Assembly: GCA_003154635.1 (NCBI GenBank) | Contig: PMDX01000093.1 | Span: forward strand, 250 to 52,253 | From: Actinomycetota bacterium | GTDB taxonomy: Bacteria > Actinomycetota > Geothermincolia > Fen-727 > Anoxymicrobiaceae | Length of the DNA: 52,004 bases | Direction of reading: 5' to 3' | Part shown: piece by piece, positions 32,475 through 41,184 of the stretch | Layout: each line of letters opens with the position of its first letter | Numbering within the stretch: position 1 is the stretch's first letter | The notes under the pieces: generated by a model | What the model was told of the DNA's origin: nothing | Databases searched by the model: none | Seen by the model: the letters and a program-made list of their open reading frames with translations, nothing else | Program-made: the position numbers and the translations under genes

Positions 32475-32747
32475 TTGGAAAGACTTGTGCTGGTGATAAA
32501 CGAGAATGACAACGTGGCTGTTGCGCTGCGAGAGATCGTCGCGGGAACGGGGGTCGAGGTGCCGGGCAGGGGCGTTCTGAAGGCAGTGGACGACATCCCG
32601 TACGGACACAAGATCGCACTCGAGGAAATACCCGAGGGCCACCCGGTCGTCAAGTACGGCGAGACGATCGGGTTTGCCTCCAGTCACGTCCAGGAAGGTG
32701 GATGGGTCCATACTCATAACATGGGACCGGTCGAGGTGAACAGTTGA
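32475..32747 (+). CDS. UxaA-family hydrolyase small subunit (SAF domain)
   Basis: 90 aa, NDNVAVALREI..G......L..DIPYGHKIAL..I..G..V.KYGE.IG.A...V..G.WVH.HN. TTG start after GGGGAGGG. Confidence 0.8.
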   Translation: MERLVLVINENDNVAVALREIVAGTGVEVPGRGVLKAVDDIPYGHKIALEEIPEGHPVVKYGETIGFASSHVQEGGWVHTHNMGPVEVNS

Positions 32748-33901
32748 GCGGGTTCAACGGTTTCGAGAGGTCGGACGGCACCGTGGGCGTTCGAAATCAC
32801 GTCGTTGTCATTCCGTCAGTCGCGTGCGCGAACGGTGTCGCGGCCGAGATCGTCAGGCAGGTCCCCCAGGCAGTACCCCTCTACCACGGCCACGGATGCA
32901 GCAGGGCCGGCCGCGACCTGGAGCTGCACTTCCGAACACTTTCAAACCTCGCGCGCCACCCGAACGTCAGCGCAGCGCTCGTCGTAGGTCTCGGTTGCGA
33001 GGTCATCAAGGCGGACCTGCTCTCGGGAGAGGTCTCTGGAACGGGCAGGCGAGTCGAGCATATCGATATCCAGGCGGAAGGCGGCTCGCGCCGCGCGGCT
33101 GAAAAGGGTGCCGGTATCGTGCGCAACCTCCTGGCGGACGCGGCAAAAGAGAGCCGGGCAGCGGTCGGCATCGACCGGCTCATCGTGGGGCTCGAGTGCG
33201 GAGGCTCCGATGCATTCTCCGGCATCACGGCGAACCCCGCGGTCGGGGTCTTGTCCGATCTCGTCGTCGCCGATGGCGGTACTGTGATACTCACCGAGAA
33301 CACGGAGATGATAGGAACGAGCCATATCCTCGAGCGTCGCGCGGTCAGCCCGGAAGTGGCGGAGCGCATCCGCGATATGGTGGCGCGCGCCGAGAAGAGG
33401 ACCAGGGATATCCTCGGCCCACTGGCTTCAATGGTGATAGCACCCGGCAACATGGACGGTGGTATGAGTTCCATCCAGGAGAAATCTCTCGGCTGTATCA
33501 CGAAGGGAGGCAGCTCACCCATCACCCGGGTGGTCGATTACGCGGAGTCCCCGACCGGGAAAGGACTTGTCCTCATGGACGCGCCGGGGTATGACGTTGA
33601 GTCGATGGCTGGAGTTGTGGCCGCCGGAGCGCAGGTCGTCATCTTCACAACGGGGCGCGGGAATCCCATCGGCTTTCCGATTGCTCCGGTCATCAAGGTC
33701 GCCAGCACTTCGAAGCTCTTCGCGTCAATGGAGGACGACATGGACGTCGACGCCGGAAAGGTGCTCGAAAGGGGTATCGACGAAGTCGGCCGTGAAGTAC
33801 AACGATTGATGATGGGAGTCCTTAACGGAGAGCCTGCAAAGGCCGAGAAAAACCGCCAGGATGGCATCCTCTGCCTCTATACGACTGGGCCTTCGTTCTA
33901 A
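32744..33901 (+). CDS. UxaA-family hydrolyase large subunit (altronate/galactarate dehydratase-like)
   Basis: 385 aa, GF.R.DG.VGVRNHVVVIPSV.CAN, GLGCE, LECGGSDAFSGITANP. The TTG start overlaps the upstream TGA (TTGA). Confidence 0.85.
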   Translation: MSGFNGFERSDGTVGVRNHVVVIPSVACANGVAAEIVRQVPQAVPLYHGHGCSRAGRDLELHFRTLSNLARHPNVSAALVVGLGCEVIKADLLSGEVSGTGRRVEHIDIQAEGGSRRAAEKGAGIVRNLLADAAKESRAAVGIDRLIVGLECGGSDAFSGITANPAVGVLSDLVVADGGTVILTENTEMIGTSHILERRAVSPEVAERIRDMVARAEKRTRDILGPLASMVIAPGNMDGGMSSIQEKSLGCITKGGSSPITRVVDYAESPTGKGLVLMDAPGYDVESMAGVVAAGAQVVIFTTGRGNPIGFPIAPVIKVASTSKLFASMEDDMDVDAGKVLERGIDEVGREVQRLMMGVLNGEPAKAEKNRQDGILCLYTTGPSF

Positions 33902-34037
33902 GCCTGCGTCGATCCGGGGACGCTCGGGGGTGAGCGCGATCGCCAAAGAAACCGGCCCCAAATCCCGCTTGTCCCAATCATAGAAACGAACCGGGCCTGG
34001 AGAGGCCGGGCTCAAGCAGCAAGGTCTCCGCACCGCT

Positions 34038-34496
34038 CTAGGAGGAGGCGATCATCTCGGCGACTCTTTCAGCGCAGAATCGAACGTAGAGCGAGCACTG
34101 CTGCTCGAAGACCCCATCCCGTCTGGCTTTCTCCCTGGCAACGCTATCAGAGAGGTCGACGTCGATCAGCATCCCGCAGCTAGTAGAGAGGAACTTCTCC
34201 GTGAACTCGTCGATGAGGGTCGAACCCGACTCGTAGACCTGGTCCAGGTTATCAGCGCCAGATTCCCTGCCAAAGGTCCAGCCGAGCGCTATCACCGCGC
34301 CGGTCAGTGCTCCACAGACCTGGCACGTCCTTGCGATGCCTCCACCGAAACCGGAGGCCACCCGTGGCATCCAGTCTCCTTCGACTCCGAGCATCTCCAT
34401 GTTGGCGGTGAGCACCGACTCGGCACAGTTCATCCCCGAAAGAAACAGATCGCTCGCCCTGGTCCCCACCTTCTCGTAATCTTCCGCGGTAGCCAT
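34038..34496 (-). CDS. C_GCAxxG_C_C family protein
   Basis: 152 aa with the MNCAESVL, CGALTGAV and C-terminal Cys pattern. Confidence 0.8.
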   Translation of the reverse strand: MATAEDYEKVGTRASDLFLSGMNCAESVLTANMEMLGVEGDWMPRVASGFGGGIARTCQVCGALTGAVIALGWTFGRESGADNLDQVYESGSTLIDEFTEKFLSTSCGMLIDVDLSDSVAREKARRDGVFEQQCSLYVRFCAERVAEMIASS

Positions 34497-34535
34497 CTAT
34501 GATTCACCTCCGGCCGCAAACGGTTCGATATGCCT

Positions 34536-34895
34536 TCAAAGGATCTCCTCATCCTCGGGACGCCACGCAGGGTCCACTATGCAGAGAAAGACGAGGTCCT
34601 CCACCCCGGTGTTCGTGATGTACTGGATGGCACCGGGCGGTATGTAGACCGTCTCTTGAGGACCGACGTCTTTCATCTCGTCGTCGATGCTCATCAGGCC
34701 TGTGCCTGAGAGCAAGTAGTAGACTTCTGAGGTCCTGAGCCTGTGTGGCGCGGTCGACGACCCAGGCTCCACTATCGCATGCGCGAGGCTGTACCGCAGC
34801 TCCAGGGGAGCCTTGTCCGGGTGGAGCAACTCCCTGAGGCGTGCTCCGTCTCCAGAAATGAACTCCTCGCATTCCTCGAGCGAAAGTGTAAACAT
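34536..34895 (-). CDS. cupin domain protein
   Basis: 119 aa, ...HRLRTSEVYYLLSGTGLMSIDDE...VYIPPGAIQYITNTG, typical cupin motifs. Confidence 0.75.
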   Translation of the reverse strand: MFTLSLEECEEFISGDGARLRELLHPDKAPLELRYSLAHAIVEPGSSTAPHRLRTSEVYYLLSGTGLMSIDDEMKDVGPQETVYIPPGAIQYITNTGVEDLVFLCIVDPAWRPEDEEIL

Positions 34896-35122
34896 CGATA
34901 TCTCCCGTTCCTTCAGAGGACCTTTCGCAGATCATGCCCGCGTTACGGGCTATCCTCACCGTTGCAAGACAATAAGCCGGAACGCCGACTTGCTTGATGC
35001 TGCCCTGCGCCGATATTACAGCAACGCGCGCCATACATAAAAGCACGAAGCAACTGAAAGGCACGTACAAGTTCTGGTACTCTTTAGGGCGGCAGGGGAA
35101 ACAGCGGACTTAAGGGGGCGCG

Positions 35123-37507
35123 CTGTCCAATAGTGAGGAGCTCGCAGGCATAACCGGCCTCACTGAGGCGGAGGTCGGGGAGCGGGTCGAGAACGGGCAG
35201 ACCAACGCGGTCAGGGAAGCTACGAGCCGCAGCTACTGGCACATTGTCCGCTCGAACGTGTTCACGAGGTTCAACGCGATCCTCGGGACCCTCTTCATAG
35301 TGATCATGTTGTTCGGGTCGTTGCGCGATGGCCTCTTCGGACTCGTGCTCGTCGGCAACACTTTCATCGGTATCATCCAGGAGGTCCGGGCGAAGTGGAC
35401 CCTCGACCACCTTCACGTCCTGAGCACGCCAAGATCACGCGTTGTCAGGGACGGCAAGATATCCGAGATCCCGCTCGAGCAGGTTGTCCTCGATGACGTC
35501 CTAGACCTGCAGACCGGAGACCAGCTTATCGTCGATGGCGTGGTCCTGACCTCCGAGGGACTTGAGATCGACGAGTCGCTCCTGACAGGCGAGTCCGTGC
35601 CCATTGAAAAACAGGTGTCTGACGAGGTCTTCTCGGGTAGCTTCGTGGTGTCGGGCGCGGGTCGCTTCAGGGCAACCGCGGTCGGAGCCGATTCTTACGC
35701 CCGCAAGCTCGCCGCCGAGGCGAAGCGGTACCAGGTCGTTCCCTCCGAGCTACGGGATGGCATCAACAAGATACTCAGGTATATCACCTGGATCATGATC
35801 CCCGTCGGAGCCCTGCTGCTCGCCAGCCAGATGCACGTATACGGTACGTTCAAGAGGGCGGTCCCGGGCACGGTAGCGGGTCTGGTCGGCATGGTCCCTG
35901 AGGGCCTGGTGCTCCTGGCAAGCATCGCGTTCGCGGTAAGCGTGGTGGCGCTGGGCCAGCAGCGCGTGCTCGTGCAGGAACTGCCCGCGGTTGAAGGCCT
36001 GGCCCGTGTCGATGTCATCTGCCTGGACAAGACCGGGACCCTGACCGATGGAAATCTCGCGTTCAGCGAGATGGAGCCACTAGACTCAGTGGAGGGACTC
36101 GAGGACGCGCTCGGCGCAATGGGAGCGAGCACTTCGTCGCGCAGCTCCACACTCGCCGCGATAGCCGCGGCTTTTCCCGCTCCCTCCGGTTGGGAGCATA
36201 CCCGAAGCGTACCGTTCTCTTCCGCCAGGAAGTGGAGCTCGGAGAGCTTCGGCGACCGCGGCACGTGGATCCTGGGGGCACCCGAAGTGCTACTTGAAAA
36301 GAGCGGAGCGGGCGGCGGGATCCAGGACAAGGTAAACGAGCTTGCCTCCACAGGCTGGCGCGTACTGCTTCTCGCCAGGACGGAGGCTGAGACAGACGCC
36401 GAGTCGCTGCCGGATTCCTTCCAGCCCGCGGCTCTCCTGCTCTTCGAGGAGCAGGTCCGCGAGGATGCGGCCAGTACCATGAAATACTTCACCGATCAGG
36501 GAGTCGTCATCAAGGTCATCTCAGGTGACAACCCGACGACCGTGGCCGCTGTCGCCGGGCGCGCGGGAGTACCCGACGTGGGATCACCTTTCGACGCCAG
36601 GCGCCTTCCCGGAGACCTCGACCAGCTCGCCGACGTTCTCGAAGAGACGACTGTGTTTGGTCGAGTCAACCCGGACCAGAAGGAGCACATGGTACAGGCG
36701 CTGCAGTCCAGGGGCCATGTCGTGGCAATGACCGGTGACGGGGTCAACGACGTGCTCGCGTTGAAGCGCGCCGACATAGGCATAGCGATGGGTTCCGGCT
36801 CGGCGGCCTCCAAGGCCGTGGCGCAACTCGTGCTCCTCGACGGCCAGTTCAACGCGATGCCCGGGGTTGTCGGTGAAGGAAGGCGAGTCGCCGGCAACAT
36901 CGAGCGGGTGGCGAATTTATTCCTTACCAAGACCACTTACGCGACGCTTCTCTCACTCATCATCGGGCTCGCCAACTGGGCGTTCCTGTTTCTGCCGCGA
37001 CACCTGACACTTGTCAGCAGCATTACCATCGGCGCACCCGCGCTCGTGCTCTCGTTTGCCCCGAACAAGCAGAGATACCGTTCCGGTTTTGTCGGCCGGG
37101 TGTTGCGGTTCGCCATTCCGGCCGGCCTTGTGATGGCGCTCGCCGCGCTCGCCGCCGGATCGCTTTCGCACGTGCAGCCCACCGTCTCGCTCGCGGAATC
37201 GAGGACCATGGCTACGCTCGTGCTCGCGATAGCGGGCCTGTGGGTGCTTGGAAGGCTTGCCAGGCCACTCAACTGGTGGAAGGGGCTGCTGGTTGGAGCG
37301 ATGGTGCTCGGCCTGATACTGGTGATCGCGACACCCTACGGGAGGGAGTTCTTCGCTCTCGATTTACCTTCCTGGACCATCATCGTCGAGACGCTGGCCA
37401 TATCCGGAGCCGCCATCGTATTGCTCGAGATCGTCTGGCATTTCTCTGACTGGATCGGCCGCCATGACCACCACAAAAGCCTGGCGCCGGAAACATCGGC
37501 CGAATAA
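35123..37507 (+). CDS. cation-transporting P-type ATPase (P2-like, PEGL motif)
   Basis: CLDKTGTLT, VPEGL, TGDGVNDVLALKRADIG. The conserved N-terminus (GLTEAEVGERVENGQTN...) lies upstream of the track start at 35258. The only plausible start there is the CTG at 35123, 4 nt after AAGGGGG (see findings). Confidence 0.85.
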   Translation: MSNSEELAGITGLTEAEVGERVENGQTNAVREATSRSYWHIVRSNVFTRFNAILGTLFIVIMLFGSLRDGLFGLVLVGNTFIGIIQEVRAKWTLDHLHVLSTPRSRVVRDGKISEIPLEQVVLDDVLDLQTGDQLIVDGVVLTSEGLEIDESLLTGESVPIEKQVSDEVFSGSFVVSGAGRFRATAVGADSYARKLAAEAKRYQVVPSELRDGINKILRYITWIMIPVGALLLASQMHVYGTFKRAVPGTVAGLVGMVPEGLVLLASIAFAVSVVALGQQRVLVQELPAVEGLARVDVICLDKTGTLTDGNLAFSEMEPLDSVEGLEDALGAMGASTSSRSSTLAAIAAAFPAPSGWEHTRSVPFSSARKWSSESFGDRGTWILGAPEVLLEKSGAGGGIQDKVNELASTGWRVLLLARTEAETDAESLPDSFQPAALLLFEEQVREDAASTMKYFTDQGVVIKVISGDNPTTVAAVAGRAGVPDVGSPFDARRLPGDLDQLADVLEETTVFGRVNPDQKEHMVQALQSRGHVVAMTGDGVNDVLALKRADIGIAMGSGSAASKAVAQLVLLDGQFNAMPGVVGEGRRVAGNIERVANLFLTKTTYATLLSLIIGLANWAFLFLPRHLTLVSSITIGAPALVLSFAPNKQRYRSGFVGRVLRFAIPAGLVMALAALAAGSLSHVQPTVSLAESRTMATLVLAIAGLWVLGRLARPLNWWKGLLVGAMVLGLILVIATPYGREFFALDLPSWTIIVETLAISGAAIVLLEIVWHFSDWIGRHDHHKSLAPETSAE

Positions 37508-37568
37508 TCCCCTGCCGGATCCCATCTTACCCTTGTGCCCGGCACCGATGACCGCTTCGAGACGGAAA

Positions 37569-38426
37569 TCAAGAACCGAGGATTTCGGATTTGATGCTGT
37601 TCTTACCGGCACGTTTTACTTCGTACATGACCTTGTCAGCTTTACCGAGCATTTCATCGAAGGAGCCGGGAGGCTTCATGAAAGTGACAAGGCCGATGCT
37701 GACCGATACCGGGAAACCACTTGCCCTCATTCCATCGCAAAGCGATTCGTGCAGCTTGTTCACGACCATCTCGCTGGCCTCTGGCCCGCCGTCCGGGAGG
37801 ATGACGGCGAATTCGTCGCCTCCCATTCGGCCTACCGTGTCGGTCCGCCGCAAGGCGCCGCTCAGGATGTCGGCCACGGTGCGCAGGAGTTCGTCGCCCG
37901 CCGCGTGCCCGCGTGTGTCGTTGATGGATTTGAAGTCGTCGATGTCCATGTAGGCAAGCGAGACAGGGTGCGGGTACCTGTCCGCCCGGCGGATCTCCGC
38001 TCCGGCAAGCTCCCCGAAGTACCTGCGGTTGTAAAGGCCGGTAAGCGGGTCTGTCCTTGACAGCTTCTCCTCGCGAATCAACGCGGCCTTGAGCAGGGCG
38101 GTGAGGCCCACGAGGAGCAACAGGAAGAGCAACGGCACGATCGTGTTCCACGCGGCAGCGAGTGGCTGGACCTTCGTGGCTCCCCAGAGTACCTCGGTGA
38201 GGTAAAGCGAGATAGCGCTCAGCGTGCTCACAAGGACGCCGGGTGCCGTGCCAACGAACCATCCCACGATAAGCACCGGGACTATGTAAAACGCCGACGA
38301 GCTTATCTGCTTACCGGCATAGTAATCGAACAACCCGATGCCGATGATCATAACGAGCGAGGCGATCGTCAGGGTAACTTTGGAACGCCTGCTTAGAAAA
38401 GACGTCAGGCGGCTCAGGACCTTCAG
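37569..38426 (-). CDS. membrane-anchored diguanylate cyclase (GGDEF) with intact I-site
   Basis: DPLTGLYNRRYF, RRTD-x5-GGDEF. About 5 TM helices N-terminally. The start is probably the CTG at 38426, 5 nt after GAAAGGGGG. The track start at 38585 overlaps the upstream gene by 136 nt. Confidence 0.8.
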   Translation of the reverse strand: MKVLSRLTSFLSRRSKVTLTIASLVMIIGIGLFDYYAGKQISSSAFYIVPVLIVGWFVGTAPGVLVSTLSAISLYLTEVLWGATKVQPLAAAWNTIVPLLFLLLLVGLTALLKAALIREEKLSRTDPLTGLYNRRYFGELAGAEIRRADRYPHPVSLAYMDIDDFKSINDTRGHAAGDELLRTVADILSGALRRTDTVGRMGGDEFAVILPDGGPEASEMVVNKLHESLCDGMRASGFPVSVSIGLVTFMKPPGSFDEMLGKADKVMYEVKRAGKNSIKSEILGS

Positions 38427-38449
38427 TTCGACCCCCTTTCGCCGGCCGC

Positions 38450-39538
38450 TTACTTTGAGTGCATCTCTACGAAATCCGCGAGCTTGCCTTTCTCCTGGAG
38501 GATGATGACGCCCATGTCCCTGGTGGTCTGTGCCGGTTGCGCTGCCGCTTCGCGCCTGACGAGAACCAGGGCGTCGTTGGGGCAACCGGTTACGCAGAGT
38601 CCGCAGCCGATGCAGAGCGCCTTATCGACAACCGCCGTGTCGCCCTTGACGGACATGGCACCGACCGGGCAGCGCTCTTCCGCGCAGATGCCGCAAGCGT
38701 CGCACGCGCCCGCATCCACCTCGGGCATGAATCCGCTGGAAGCGTAAACGAACGTATTGCCAAAGGCGGAGGCCGAGCGGAGTAGCATGCAACAGCACCT
38801 GCAGCAATTGCAGATAAAGCTCGTCTTGTCCATGGAGTTGTTGACCTGGTGAACGAGCCCGGCCCGGTCGAACTCGCGGAGCTTCTCTTTCATCTCCTCA
38901 CGCGTAAGGTAACGGGCGATGCCTCGCTCGACGAGGTAGTCGCACGTCTCGTCGAACACCATGCATGCTTCGCGTGGAGCGTCGCAGTTCTGTTCGCTTT
39001 CGCGGCAGGCGCAATGCGCGATGCCGATCGACTTCGCCGAATCGATGAGGCTATCGATCATCTCGAAAGTAAGGATACCGGGCACGCTCTCGACCTGCTC
39101 CTGGATCGGGATGATGCGTGACATGCTCATGCCGGGGCTGCCGAACCCGAGGCTCAAGACAGGGAGGTACTCTTTCCATAGCGCGGCGAGCTTCTCCTGC
39201 AGCTCCGTGTGCTCGCCTTTCATGAAGGGGAACTCGAAGAGCCCCGGCATCACCGGCAGGAGGGCGTATCCACACACACCGTCCTTGGTGCGCGAGTACG
39301 TCAACCCACGGTCCGCGAGACCCTCGAGTATGGGAGCCACCTCCGCTGGCTCGAGGCCCGCCCGTGGAGCGATCCAATCCGCAGGCCTGGGCACAAAGAC
39401 CATTGAGGCCGCGACCCGCGCTTCCTCCGGGCTGAAGAGAGTCTGCAGTATCTCGATGATCCCGGGACCCTCGGGGCAGCCGGAGGGGTGCTTGTCGAGG
39501 ACATCGCGGAGCTGTGAGTAGTGATCGGCGTCCTGCAT
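38450..39538 (-). CDS. Cys-rich 4Fe-4S dicluster protein
   Basis: The ATG at 39538 (MQDADHY) follows AAAGGAG. Motifs: CNCCRCCCMLL, CDACGICAEERCP, CIGCGLCVTGCP. Confidence 0.8.
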   Translation of the reverse strand: MQDADHYSQLRDVLDKHPSGCPEGPGIIEILQTLFSPEEARVAASMVFVPRPADWIAPRAGLEPAEVAPILEGLADRGLTYSRTKDGVCGYALLPVMPGLFEFPFMKGEHTELQEKLAALWKEYLPVLSLGFGSPGMSMSRIIPIQEQVESVPGILTFEMIDSLIDSAKSIGIAHCACRESEQNCDAPREACMVFDETCDYLVERGIARYLTREEMKEKLREFDRAGLVHQVNNSMDKTSFICNCCRCCCMLLRSASAFGNTFVYASSGFMPEVDAGACDACGICAEERCPVGAMSVKGDTAVVDKALCIGCGLCVTGCPNDALVLVRREAAAQPAQTTRDMGVIILQEKGKLADFVEMHSK

Positions 39539-39643
39539 AACGGCGCACTCCTTTTGCCGGGTCCAAAGCTTCCGTCCTGACGATACTACTCCAGCAGGTG
39601 ACCTCCGCGGAACCGTGGACCAATCGGTTCGCCTCTTGTGGTT

Positions 39644-39675
39644 ATAAATAAGGGGGCGGGTCAGCAGACCCGCCC
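39644..39675 (-). terminator. intrinsic-terminator-like hairpin (minus strand)
   Basis: Minus strand: GGGCGGGTC-TGCT-GACCCGCCC (9-bp perfect stem, 4-nt loop) followed by CCTTATTTAT. It lies between the kinase gene stop (39918) and the Fe-S gene start (39538). Confidence 0.5.
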
Positions 39676-39917
39676 TATTGCGCGCAGCAACAACGAAGTT
39701 GCTCGCGTTCAACTACGATCCGTGTGTAACACGTTCAATTTTAGGATCGTCTTGTTAATACTCTGAACAATAGTGAACGTTATTGGTATTTACTACTCAC
39801 CAGGTCCCGCCCGCAGTAGCCACAAGGTTAACCTGCTTGACTAACCCGTTTGCCTCCCTCCGGGCACCCGTTTGGGGGGCAACCACTAGCTACTGGTTGC
39901 ACTCCTTGTCGGTGCTG

Positions 39918-41144
39918 TCAGCCGACGAGGCCCTGGATTACAAACTCGAAGCAAGCGCCATCGTTATTGTAGGCGCTTATCTCGCCGTTGTAGAGCTTTA
40001 CTATCTTGTCCGCTATCGCGAGCTCTACACCGGTCGACCCTTTATCGCCCTCGTGGAAGGGAACAAACACCTTTTCGAGCTCTTCGGTGGGAATGCCGGC
40101 GCCATTATCCCGCAAAAGGAACTTCGCCCACCCACCGGGCTCGTCCGTGAGCCTGCGGATCTCGATCACGGGCCGCGAGGCGTCATTGTGCGTGATGGCG
40201 TTGTCGACGAGGTTGGCGAAGAGTTGGTGCATGTGTATCGCGCTGGCGCGGATTGTGCCCAGGTCATCGTCCAGTAGCACCTCGACGTCTCGATCCCTGA
40301 TGACAAGGGCTCTCTCCGCCAGAACGCGGGCGATCACCTCGTTGAGGTCCAGCTCGGATTCCACAGTGGAAGCTTGCCCTGCTTCGGCGAGCGCGAGCAG
40401 GTCGTCGATGAGCGCTGCCGAACGACGGACGTTGTTCTTTATCGTATCAACGAGCATCTGGACACCCCGGTCGCCACCGCTCATGCCGCCCGACTCGAGC
40501 TTCTCCCGCAGGAGCTCGTTGGCCAGCATGATATCTGTGAGCGGACCCTTGAGGTCATGGGAGACCACGTGAGCGTACCCATCGAGCTCGCGGTTCAACC
40601 GTGCGAGCTCCCGCATCGCCCCAAAGAGCTCCCGGTTTTGTTCCTGTATCTCGAGGAATACGCTTTCGGGCCTGCTCCGTCGGGCAAGCTCACCGGCTAT
40701 CTTGGAGAGGGCTTCCCCGGCGACCCTCGGCGTACCCGGGGGGAACTGCTTGCTCAACAGCACTCGCGTACTCTCGGGCTCGCTTGTCATGCCGATGTCG
40801 TCGAGCAACTCCCGGGCGAACGGGAACGCATCCGTCCCGGCTAATGCACTATCGAAAGAGAGCATGACCTGGAACAGTTGTGCGGGGGAAGACTCTTCGA
40901 CCAGGAACTGCACGTCGACAGGCGATACGGAGTTGAGGATGGTTGCGCCCGCCCCAGCCGTTCCAGCCGCTATCTCAGCCTGCTGGCGCGTGGGAAATCC
41001 GAGCAACCCCGCTATCTGCCTGGTCCGCTGCCTCAGCTCGAGGAGGTCATCCTCGGAGCCGATGCTCATCGTCAGAATCGTAACGCTCATCGTACTGTCA
41101 TCTGTCGTCATTGCTCCATGCGCGAAGCTCACGCGGGAATCCAA
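39918..41144 (-). CDS. sensor histidine kinase (HisKA + HATPase_c) with unassigned ~170-aa N-terminal domain
   Basis: H-box YAHVVSHDLKGPL. N/G boxes ITHND...DNGAGIP...GSTGVELAI. No TM or PAS domain. The start is uncertain. Confidence 0.85.
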   Translation of the reverse strand: MDSRVSFAHGAMTTDDSTMSVTILTMSIGSEDDLLELRQRTRQIAGLLGFPTRQQAEIAAGTAGAGATILNSVSPVDVQFLVEESSPAQLFQVMLSFDSALAGTDAFPFARELLDDIGMTSEPESTRVLLSKQFPPGTPRVAGEALSKIAGELARRSRPESVFLEIQEQNRELFGAMRELARLNRELDGYAHVVSHDLKGPLTDIMLANELLREKLESGGMSGGDRGVQMLVDTIKNNVRRSAALIDDLLALAEAGQASTVESELDLNEVIARVLAERALVIRDRDVEVLLDDDLGTIRASAIHMHQLFANLVDNAITHNDASRPVIEIRRLTDEPGGWAKFLLRDNGAGIPTEELEKVFVPFHEGDKGSTGVELAIADKIVKLYNGEISAYNNDGACFEFVIQGLVG

Positions 41145-41184
41145 CGGTTATCATAGCTCGGCGTACCGACGGACTCGTAACGCG

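Noticed and set aside
31732-32619. Full 295-aa extent of the LemA ORF. The same issue applies to the long N-terminal extensions of 16643..17158, 11260..11835, 21188..21616, 22417..23223 and 38450..39712.
   Set aside because: The extensions are Pro/Arg-rich, lack RBSs and overlap neighbouring genes or promoters. Internal ATGs with strong GGAGG-type SDs give N-termini that fit the families.
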